From the NCBI RefSeq assembly GCF_001949145.1, contig NW_019091355.1:4847518-4911517 (forward strand): DNA of 64,000 nucleotides, in the 5' to 3' direction. The DNA comes from Acanthaster planci. Its lineage: Eukaryota. Shown in pieces: positions 13,646 through 24,578 of the stretch. The notes below the pieces were generated by a model. That model worked only from the letters and a program-made list of their open reading frames with translations. It was not told where the DNA came from and made no database searches. Position 1 is the first letter of the stretch. Each line of letters starts with the position of its first letter. A program made the position numbers and the translations under genes.

Positions 13646-14940
13646 TGTTACGATCCGAAAAATTCCAAACTATTTAAAAATAGTATTTATTCCAAAGCTT
13701 GAATTTTCTCCGATGCAGCAAAGAAATCAGAGAAGATTGCACTGATATCAGGAACAAATAAACAAGTATGACTTAAATGAGAATGTAACACTAAGCCTGT
13801 AAAACATACGGATAACAAAGAAAATTCCGTCTGGAACTAGTTTACAGTGATAAGGATAATAAAGAATCAAGATAAGATCTTATTTATACAAGATGATCTT
13901 ACGAGTGAGAGCTTGTCGGGCACTACGGTGAAGAATGCTGGACTCCCCACATGGCGAAAAACAGTTCAGTCCTTGAGGTGCAAAAAACAAATTTTAAAAA
14001 ATGAGCTGCAACGGGGGCAAAGACCATGTTGAAAAAGAATGACCGGGATCGAGACGAAACGGTGAGGGCGTGATGACCGTCGCAAATACGGGAACTTGAT
14101 GCTCCCACAAACTAGAACTGGATTCAGTTCACAACTGTCTCTTCCGGAACAAAATTCAGCTCTGCACTTCACTTGGTGTGGACAAACTTTTCTGACAAGC
14201 GTCGCTCCCGCACAGACGACTCGCCACCACAGGTTGAAATGGTTCAGAAGTCAACAGGTCAACGACATTTCCCCCATCAGGAAAGTCAGAAAAAGAGGTT
14301 TTAACATAAACCCTATCATCAAAACGTACTTTTTGCAAATTAGCAAATACAATGCATAAGTTAAATTAAAACTCTCACTTGTTAGACATAGAAATACACA
14401 CCACTAGATCTAAACTCTGGACAGAACATCGGCAACAACATTACTCCTTCCGCAGTGTGGACAATTTGACTGGATAAAGTTGCAAAATCGAACTCCACCG
14501 ACAGAATCTTCGCCAGGTTCTAAGCTTGGTCACCAACTTCTCCAAAAACACAATTAAGTGGGTTGTGATCAGTATCAGCGATCGTTTCTCGTAATATACA
14601 TTTCAAAGTGTTGCAAGGCAAGAATTAAGCTTAATGCCTCCTTTTCAATTGTGGAATATTTTGCTTGGTGTTAATTCAACTTCTTCGAGAAGTAACTGAT
14701 CGGTCGTTCGACGCCTGACTCGTCATCTAGGAGCAAAACTGCTCCGACACCAACGTCACTGGCGTCAATGACTATTTTGAAGGCCTTGTCAAACTTGGGC
14801 CCAGCCAGAACTGGTTCCTTTGTTAAGATTGTCTTCAATTTCTCAACTGTATTTTGGCATGAGTCAGACCAAATAAACTTTACATTCTTCTACAAGAGTC
14901 AGAGGAGTAGCAATGGTGCTGAAAACGAGCCAACTGTGGT
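13646..14940 (-). mobile_element. 5'-truncated Ty3/Gypsy (Gmr1-like) LTR retrotransposon: RNase H end of pol, PPT and 3' LTR
   Basis: Minus-strand translation FIWSDSCQ..KLKTILTKEPVLAGPKFDKAFKIVIDASDVGVGAVL..RPISYFSKKLN*HQAKYSTIEKEALSLILALQHFEMY..TDHNPL..NVVADVLSRV* (stop at 14410), with internal stops and frameshifts. The purine tract GGGGGAAA abuts TG at 14267. The putative LTR 14267-13646 ends in CGTAACA, with AATAAA about 40 nt before the end. Confidence 0.85.
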
Positions 14941-15194
14941 AAATACCTGAACTTCAAAAAAGCGGGAAAAATACTCACGGGTTTCTCAGGCGTTCGAGAC
15001 GCATGACAAATTAAAGCCCATTTTATGATTGTTCATTTTCTTTTCAAACTGCCATTTATTAACCGATGACTTTTGAAGATATTTTTTCCCACGGAAGGTC
15101 ACCCCCTAAAAGGCAGTTGTGAAGCCCCTAGCCTCCCAGTATTAAAGGTTAATGACTTTGTTATCTTCTTAATATGAACAACGAAAAGTAATAT

Positions 15195-15272
15195 CTCTGA
15201 GATGGCCGAGTGGTCAAGCTCGCCGTCTTCAAATCGTTAGACGCTGGGTTCGAATCCCAGAGGTGGCTTTTT
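15195..15272 (+). mobile_element. tRNA-derived SINE head / tRNA-like Pol III unit
   Basis: A box TGGCCGAGTGG (15203-15213), B box GGTTCGAATCC (15247-15257), perfect T arm CTGGG-TTCGAAT-CCCAG and a T5 run at 15268-15272. The acceptor and anticodon stems do not pair. Confidence 0.65.
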
Positions 15273-15355
15273 ATTTTCCCAACGCTTGCTGTCAGTCAGT
15301 TGGTATAAGAGACTCTAATTCACCCCATCAAATACCAGCAGTACCTTGGCCGACC

Positions 15356-15806
15356 NNNNNNNNNNNNNNNNNNNNNNNNNNNNNNNNNNNNNNNNNNNNN
15401 NNNNNNNNNNNNNNNNNNNNNNNNNNNNNNNNNNNNNNNNNNNNNNNNNNNNNNNNNNNNNNNNNNNNNNNNNNNNNNNNNNNNNNNNNNNNNNNNNNNN
15501 NNNNNNNNNNNNNNNNNNNNNNNNNNNNNNNNNNNNNNNNNNNNNNNNNNNNNNNNNNNNNNNNNNNNNNNNNNNNNNNNNNNNNNNNNNNNNNNNNNNN
15601 NNNNNNNNNNNNNNNNNNNNNNNNNNNNNNNNNNNNNNNNNNNNNNNNNNNNNNNNNNNNNNNNNNNNNNNNNNNNNNNNNNNNNNNNNNNNNNNNNNNN
15701 NNNNNNNNNNNNNNNNNNNNNNNNNNNNNNNNNNNNNNNNNNNNNNNNNNNNNNNNNNNNNNNNNNNNNNNNNNNNNNNNNNNNNNNNNNNNNNNNNNNN
15801 NNNNNN
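15356..15806. other. Assembly gap
   Basis: Run of N. Confidence 1.
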
Positions 15807-17100
15807 TTTGCTATAGGATCAAATACAGTGAGCTAAAGGATTGGATGCTGATTTCTTTTCATTTGTAATATTAATTTCCTATAATTTTCGACAGTGAAAC
15901 CGATCCCAACCACATTGGGTCCATTTCTTCGCGGTGATCTCAGTAGAAAAGTTGTTTGGTGTGTAATGTCTGTTATTGGAGATAACAGTATGGAGATTCA
16001 GGGGTGGCGCAGTCGGGCGGCACTCGCCTTCCCATTTTACTGATGGCAATACAATTCTATTCGCCACAACAACAAATCTCGTTCGCTTTCAACTGCAGAA
16101 TACTTTAAAGAGAAATTCTCACAAACGAAACGTCTCATTTCTTCTTGGGTTAGCCCAAAGCTGCGACAAATGCGTTGCATCTGCCGCTCTTTCTTGTAAA
16201 TGGTTGATCCATCACTGGCTAGACAGGTTTGCCCGAAAAACACAAGCAGGAAAATGATGACACCAACTCAAAAGAAACGAGCATCCCTTAGTTAATAGAA
16301 GAGATAAACATAATCCACTGTTAAGTATTGACACAATTTATTTGGGGCAAATTGTGCGAGCCAAAGCAAGATAGCGATTCCTTTTGTAGTGTGCGTGTAC
16401 AGTCTCAACTGTTTGCAGGAGTGCATCGCAATGTAAAAAAAGGTTGGTCGAAACAGTGTTGGGCATTTGTTGTTATTAGTCCAACCTTGGTCGAAGCTAC
16501 CACATTGTTGGTCAATTTTCCGTCACTGTTGGTCAAACATTGACCAAATATTGGGAAGAATTTGCCCAAAGGTTGCTAAGGTGATATTTTTACCAACACA
16601 GAGCAGGACTGAGGGGTGCAATGCACTGTTCACGTGATTATTACTTTTCACTCACACCCACACACACCCATAACAGTTTTCTCTTGAAAAGAAGATCAAT
16701 TGGCGTAAACATCTAAGGGAATGTAGAAATACAGGCCAGAATCAACTCCCTTGGTTTTGGGGCTTCCATTCGAGGGCAGAGTTGATAAATTACAGATGAA
16801 AAACGTCCCTCAGTGCCCGAAAAGTAGAGGGAAGTCATTTGACAAAATGGCTGCGCGCAGGCTTTGTGAACTATCATATGTTGGGAGTACTGAGTGAGTC
16901 TTGTGTGAATGATTCGATAATCGGTTAGCCCAACAAAAAATGTAAAGAAACAGGAAGACTAAGGACAAGACAGTAATTCAGTTTTGAGAATTCCATTCAT
17001 GTCGGCTCGCATGCCCTGAACTTCGTTCAGCCTGAATGGGACTTGAATTTGTACACTACGTGAGGTGCTCGGCAAGAAGATCAATCTGGGATATAAAGCT

Positions 17101-17119
17101 CTAGCGCCCTCTCGTGGAG
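17101..17119 (-). promoter_or_regulatory. CTCF-like motif in the PAQR3 promoter region
   Basis: Minus strand reads CTCCACGAGAGGGCGCTAG, close to the CTCF core consensus. Confidence 0.6.
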
Positions 17120-17789
17120 TGGCTTCCTCGCCCTTTTAGTGTTTATTTTTCCGGCCGGTCAGGTTTTGCTGGCAATAGAAAAGATTTCCACAACGGTTTT
17201 GGATCTGATTTTGGAAGGTACTATTGGGCTTGTTAAATTCGTGTAGTAACAGTGCAAGAGATTCTCATAAATGAAACCAGAAAGTGACATTTAAGCTCGT
17301 ACCGTGCATTGCCCGAGGCCTATTTTATGTCCTCTGTGCGTTTTCTACATGTACATGGCATGCATGCATGTTTTCCTTCCTCCATGGACGTACATGTACA
17401 TAGTATACGATTACGATTATAAAAACCGGTCTCGGTCTTCTCCGTCACGGTCCTTGCTCTTGCACACTCAATGTCTCTATGAAATGAAGAGGTAATCCGT
17501 CGTATTTTTGCATTGGATGCAGAAAATGTAAATTGTAACATCTATGTGTTGATGATTTCAGTCGAGATATGAAATTTCTACTTTTGACCCTGACTTGCGT
17601 TTTGCACGGAATATTGAATTGTCCATCTCTTTTGAAGTTATTTCCAAAACCCTCTCTGATTGGCTGTTAATTGTGTGTGAATTTGATTTGGGAATTACAT
17701 GTAATGGAAAAACCTTTCGAGACTGTGTTCATGCACCGAGGAGGAATAAGTCCTCCGTGGTTCATGTTGTGTTGTTTTCTGGTTTATAG

Positions 17790-20700
17790 ATGAACGGCAC
17801 TGTCAAAGATCGTCCATTAGACTCAGCATACATCGATCCCTACTACCTCAAGAATGACTCCAGTGGGTTTAAAAGGTTCCACTTCTCTGAGGTGCCTCAT
17901 TATCTGCAAGGAAATCCATTTATTCATCGTGGATACTTCTCCCAGTTGTCCTATAAAAAATGTATCCAAAGGTATGTCTGTTTGTCCAATAAACTATCTG
18001 TACAATTGTGATTGAGTAAAGGTAGGGGATATTGGACTACTTTGCAGTCCTGAGATGCTTTTGCTGTTGTACGGACATGACAGGTGAACATGCGTGGTGA
18101 GTGTTTTTGGATAGTCAGAAATTTCACTGCGGAAAATCTGTATCTAGTTCTGTTCCCTCACTGAATTTTTATTAAATGAGACGGAATTCAAACCTAGTGC
18201 GATTTTTGGACACTTCTCTCATTAAAAAACTCCCTCCGAGCCTCAAATAACACAAAGAAAATGACATCTCCTACAGTGAACTGTATGAACCGATCTAAAA
18301 GCACTAGTATCCATCAAGACAAGACAAAATAATGAAACTGATTATCTTGTGACTTTTTTTGGGGGGGGGAGTAATTCTAATCTCCCAAACTCCTGGAATA
18401 TGTTTTAAACCTGCATCTAGGTGTACATGTCTTGGGCTGTGCACCTTAACCACTTGGCCATGTGCTCACCCAGCAACGAAGGGTGAATTTAACAATTGAA
18501 ATGTGTAGGTTTCATATTAAAAACACAAAGTGCAACTGGGCACCAGAAAAATAAACTCTTCATCAAGCAAATGGTTAATGAATTTGTTTCGTGTGGACTC
18601 CAACCCACAATTTTTGACTAACATCAGTGCCCAAGAAGGCTTGAAAGAGTTGTGACTCTAAAACTACACACTGCTGCCCTCAGAAACTCAAGAGATATAT
18701 TTTAAGTGGATACAATTGTCGTTAGTTTTCAGCTTCACGTGTTTGTCTTTTGTTCTGTTATTTTCTACCTAGCACCTTTCTGTGGTCCAACGAGACTGTG
18801 AATGTGTGGAGTCACCTTATCGGATTCCTGATCTTCTTGGCTCTGATGATATACGATAACCTCGTTACCATCCCAAAGTTGAATGGAGTGTTGAATGACC
18901 ACCTGATATACACTCTCTACCTGTCGTGTTTCCAGGTAAGTCTAGAAGACTGACATAAAAACAAGGATTAGACATTTTGGGCAACGCTTTTGCAAACTGC
19001 TTACTCACCGAAATGGCCTGTTTAAAGTTAGGAGGTGTGGCAGTTTGATCCGAGCAGAATCCAGGATCGAAGGTCAAACCCACTAAGCTAATTTGGGAGA
19101 AGGTGAAGTCCGGGTTTGGCCCCTTCTGCAGTGGCAATACAATAGTGTGTTCAGAGATTCTTTTATTCTAAGCATGAATAAATAAAGTTGTTCTAAATCT
19201 TGAAAATAACAGTATTAAATACAGTGGCAGATTCTGATCTTCACAAACTTGTAGTTTGACTCGAGCCACTTCGGTGTTTGAACAGCGCATGCCCAGTCCA
19301 AGGCTATTTGGGAACAGCGACACGCATGCATGTGATAGTCTGGCCTATCGATGTAGCCACACACTGACCCGTTCACGTGCTTTGTTCCCGAAAGATCTTG
19401 GGTTTTTGAACGTGCTCATTCTGATCAGTGTGAATTCTGTCCATTGCAAACCCATCACAAAGTTTACTGTTTATTATGGATCAGTTTGTGGACTTCAGTT
19501 GCATACACCATGCATTGGCTAATTTAATATCAATTAGCAGGCATTTACATGTATTGAATTTTGTTCTTGTGGCATAAGGCCACAAACCTGCTGTTCCTTA
19601 GAGTTGCACTTGTTGGGATAGACATGAAATTCTCCAGGAATAGGTTGGACTCATAACGGGGACAGAAATATCTGGCTGCTTGAGTGTAGAAAAAAGTATT
19701 TTCAGTCGAAGACAGGTGCCAAAATCATGCCTAGTGAGTTGCACTAATGCTGTGAAATTTGCCATTGTCAAAACACACTGTGTTGCTGAAGTAGACTCCT
19801 TTGGCTGCGACTGCCATGCTGTCTTCCCCGGCGTTTTTTGGTCTCTCTAGGTTTGTATGCTGTGCTCAGCCGGATTCCACCTGTTCCGTGTTCACTCCGA
19901 GGAGGTGTCCAAGCGTTGGCTCAGTCTGGACTTGGCTGGCATCTCTGTTGGCATGCTGGGATGTTACCTCCCTTCTGTCTACTATGGGTTCTTGTGCTTT
20001 CCGGTAAGAGCGAGAGTTTTGGATACACCTGTCGTAAGTGGTCACTGTTGATAATGGATGGGTGTCGGGGGTGACGTCGGTGTGCTGGGGCGGGGCATGT
20101 ACCTTGCTCAAAGAGTGACGTTACTTTCCCTTATGAATGGGAATAAATATGTGCTTGGTCAGTGTTAAACTAACATTTCAGACTGGTTTAGGCGACTGAA
20201 CGCTGATTATGCCCTCACCTGCAGCTCGGGCATTAGTCCCATCCATTCTCCAGAGCTGGTCTTCAATGTATGTGTAAGACAGGCCAAGCAAATATTTATT
20301 CCCTTATTATGATCAGCGTAAGTTGATGTCACTCTTAACATATTACAGCTCAAGTGATCTTTATAAATGGAAGCAGCTGATAATGTTTGAGCGCTTTGGC
20401 ATCTTGTTTCACCCTTGGGTGAGCCTTTAGTGTGGACTTGTAACCTGTCCAAACCTACCGTATCTGACCCACAGGCCTATGCACTAATGATACCACACTT
20501 TGTTAACATGTGCACTTGCCTATGGAACCATTGGGGGCCCATGAGCCGCAGAACTCCATAGGAAAGCGCGCACTGTTTAGTTAAGCGGCTTGAACCCTTT
20601 ATACAATGTGTTTTTCCTGTCCTAGTTCTGGAAGAACATCCACATGGTGATCGTGATGCTCCTTCTGATCATGACGCTGATCGTACAGCTGCACCGTCGA

Positions 20701-22060
20701 TTCCTGACGTCCGCGTGGGCCACCAGACGGCTCCTACTGTTCGTCGTGTCTGTCGCCTACGGCGTCGGGCCGAGTGTACACTGGATATTTCTCTACGGAG
20801 GCTTCAAGGAAGAAATAGTTCTGGTGGGTTACAGGCGGCATCTACATTAAGGTGGCTGCATAGTTAGTACAAAGGAGAGAAGGGAAATGAATCTGATGTC
20901 GGAAAGCAATCACCGCAAATAAGGCAGAGAAATGGAATGTGTTCAGCCTTTCCAAATTTTGCATAACGGATAATGAATTTATTAAGATATTAACAAAAAT
21001 TGCAAAATTACCAATAACCCAACTTATCCGTTATCCGGTGTTGAACCACAATAACCAACAGTATCTTAAGCTATTCTAAACACGGAGATGTGGGGAATCA
21101 AATTCTGCATGATTGTAAACTTCTAGCATTTCGACCAACTTTTTCCTGTTTCTGTATTTGGATTCAAGCCAGATTTTCAGCTGCTGCAATTAAATCCGTC
21201 TGTCCACAGTTTCGTAACTGTGCTTCATTTCTTTTGTCTTTCAGGTTTTTATTCCTAAACTGGTCCTGATGTACTCCTTAGCAATCCTAGCCCTGTTTTT
21301 TTATGCCAGCCAATTTCCAGAACGTTGCTTCCCAGGTACGATACATACATCTCTGTACCTTTTCAGTTTTCATCAACCCTCCTTCTGTTTTAACCGTCAA
21401 AAACAGTCAAAAATGCCTTCCACTTGATTTCCCCCAGTACACGGACACATATGGGAAATTTGACTGATATGTATCAGGAGGGTTAAGTGGTTGCATGTAC
21501 TTTTTGCTACTTTCACAGTCTTCCTAATCACGACCTGCCTTTGCAGCAGAAATGTTGTATCTCGCGGCACTACAGTATATTAGCATGAACGCTGGCCAGC
21601 GTTTACCCGTTTGGGACAAATTTTCCATGAATCAGGGAATTGACAGGACTGTTACAGTATGCAACCAAGCACTTGCCGTAACGAAGTCATTTCTTTAATG
21701 CTTGAATAGGGTGAACACTTGTTAAGAGCTTATAGAGACTAGTATCTTTCAGACTTCCTTTTCATCCGAGACCGGTTCTTTCAAGGACCAGGTTCTTTCA
21801 AGGATACCTGTTAAAAAAATTCGAGCCTGGTTCCTTTTTGTGGTCCGGCATTTATATGCTCTGCCCTTGAATTCCCCCAAATTTGTGGTTTTTTTTAATG
21901 TGCTGCAGGTAAAGTAGACTACATCGGCTCCAGTCATCAATGGTGGCATATCATCATTGTCACTGTGTTTCTCTGGTGGCATCAAGTTGGAATAGATCTA
22001 GCCGAATACAGGACCAACTATCCATGCCCCAGCGATAACAGGGATCCGTCTTCTTCATAG
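17790..22060 (+). CDS. PAQR3: Progestin and adipoQ receptor family member 3, 312 aa, 6 coding exons
   Basis: Exons 17790-17971, 18773-18935, 19851-20003, 20626-20823, 21245-21335 and 21909-22060, all GT-AG and in phase. PAQR motifs NPFIHRGY, SNETVNVWSH, CSAGFHLF..HS, LDLAGIS, PERCFPG and GSSHQWWH are present. Candidate AATAAA at 23491-23496. Confidence 0.95.
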
Positions 22061-24475
22061 CCTAAACCCTGTGATATCCCCAGTTGATAGTAACTCCTCC
22101 CCCAATTTCCCTGCCACTGCATCCCTACCGTTTCCCAAGTTGGAACAAAATCAGTGAAACACTAAGAAGTCGTTATGTCGTTCATTTTGTTTTGAAAATG
22201 GCCTTGATTGTACATTCGCACAGTTCCTTCTCTCATTCCTATTTGACTTACGGATATAACCCTTGGGTGCCGCAGAGCAAACTGTGTTTCACGGTACCCA
22301 AGTCTAAGGGTAGCCCGAGTGTCGCCCTTTCTGCTCTGCCATGTGCTCCATGCAAGAGAGCATCTGTTACATAGATTCAGTCCAAGCTACGTATCCCAAA
22401 GCTACTTCCCGACCCCTATGACAACGTACGCATACATCGCCACCCCAACTTCAGTTGTAATTGCAATTTTAATTAGTCAGATATGCATTTTATGGTAATT
22501 TACCACGCACTAAGTAACTGTTCATTTTGAAACATCTTGCCAAAGAGTTTTGTTGCCTCATTTGTTTCTCGGAGTAAATTAGGATTTACAACATTTTTGT
22601 GAGATTACTTCCTGCGGCACATGACATTAAAAAACTACTGCGTTGTACACCCCATTTGAGTGCCCATATAAATGACTGACAATGACTTTAAAGGCCTACC
22701 CTCATCATAAGGCCAAATGCACAGTGCTAATATCTACTGGAAGCAATATTTTCTTGCCAAAGATTTTGCACCTTTATTTAAGTTTAAGATTGAACTGTCA
22801 GGTTTGTTAACAAGTGCTGGATTTTTTTTAAACCTGTATAAAGATGTTGCTTACATTTGTCCCTGAGTAGCAATTTGGTCAAAAAATTAACCATCAGGAC
22901 AAGTATCGATGTCTCTATTTTAAACAGAATGCTGTATACTGACTTCTCATCAAGTTCTTATCAAGATCGGTCCAAAATGCTTTTCTGCAGCTGGCCGTGA
23001 AACCTCCACAGGGAGTTGATTTTACTTCTTTCATGGATGCATGCGATGGCAGTTGTTGAGTGTTTTGAAAACAGCCTAAGAGAGCCGCTAAAGAAAATTG
23101 GCAAATGCAAAGGTTAGCACCGTGTTGAGGTACATGTATATCGGGACAGTTTCAAACCAGGAGTTTAAATGCGAGTTGTTTGCCAAGTCATTCTTCAGAG
23201 TGATTTAATAACTGTTCGAAATTTGAAGAAAAATCTATGAGAATCCTCTAGCTAAACCCAAATTATGATTTTGATACCATGGAATACCGGTATATTATTT
23301 TATTGACTTCAATATTTAGAAGCAAATGAATATCAGTCCTGTGGAATTTGTAAGCTCACTGTTCTGTTTGATTTTTATTTTATTTTTAATGCATATCGAT
23401 GCATGTAAATATTATCGTCGGTTTAAAATGTTTAAAATTGCTGTGATTGTAAGCAAATATTTGAACGAATGCACATCATGCAGATGTTCCAATAAAGAAT
23501 GTCTTATACATATATAGAAAGATTGTTGTTTTGCCAGAAAGTTCCAGCATTTCAGTCTGTAGAATATGTGACAGTTGGGATGACGGTATGTTGAATTTTT
23601 CTGTGGATTTTCATCCAGTGGTTGGTTAATAGCACCCTCAAGTTGGGTACGTTGTAAACATGAATCACCTACACACGTAGGACTCTGCTTAACTTTGGAT
23701 GGTTGATTTTCGTGCCTAGCCCATGCAATTCTGCCGAGAGTTTTAATGTGATCTTTTGTGTTTACCTGGTATAATAATATAAATCATACATAAAGTAGAA
23801 ATAAAAAACACTACAAATTCTAAAGAGATTTGAGATGATTTTCCACGAATGTGGACAGGTAGACATCTTACCAGGATGGGACACCATCGGAGATGAGGCA
23901 ATGTGGAGACTGGCTTTGGGCTTATTTGAAATGATGTTGGGGGCCAAAAAAAATAATTTAAAACCTAACATACGGTCCCAAAATCCTAGTATAGCCTTTA
24001 TTTCGTAATATTATGTTTTCTTAGTTTTGGTGATAATATTTGATAAATAATACAAACACGGGGTTATAGTTCCGGCCAGTTGTAAACTGAACAACTTAAA
24101 ATTTCTCTGTGTAATATCCCAAATCACGATTTTTGTGCACGATACCTGCCAAGCTTCAGTGGACAAAATTCAGTTGGCCAACCAGATAAGGAGTTGCTAT
24201 CGTTACGGGCCTAGTTTATACTTTGCTTTCGTAACTCCTGGAAGACGAGACCAAAGATCGTAGAGAGCCACGTCGCAGGCTACGGCAGGGTTACAAAAAG
24301 CAGCAAGTCTGGGAATAATTGCGAGTAAACGTTGAACTTTGTCACGTGTAGTTCAGTGGCTTCTATTTTAAGTTCACATACATTTTTGGCGTTCCAGCAT
24401 GCTTGTCCGATGGTCCAACCAAGGTCCAAGCAGCATAGCGCTAGTCCACTTTGCATTTGACACTCTCCATGGAGC

Positions 24476-24489
24476 TATAAATTATAAAA
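24476..24489 (+). promoter_or_regulatory. TATA box(es) upstream of GST-A
   Basis: TATAAATTATAAAA about 95 nt upstream of the ATG at 24579. Confidence 0.55.
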
Positions 24490-24578
24490 CGTATGCACTC
24501 ACTCAGCACGACTGCAAGCGCCATACTTAACAGAAAATCGTTCCACCAAAAGCAGTGTTGTGTTCAAAACCTACAAAG

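Noticed and set aside
13128..13745. 205-aa ORF, the longest in the track
   Set aside because: GTG start, no recognisable domain, and it spans MITE-like G-run sequence and the end of the antisense LTR.
12426..15129. The 190-bp direct repeats as paired LTRs of the Gypsy element
   Set aside because: They lack TG..CA ends. The real PPT-LTR junction is at 14267, and copy 2 cuts through pol.
15195..15272. Functional tRNA-Sec or suppressor tRNA
   Set aside because: There is no acceptor stem, the anticodon stem is mismatched, and the long variable arm is missing.
15263..15868. Long ORFs across N runs (also 41754-42369)
   Set aside because: Artefacts of assembly gaps.
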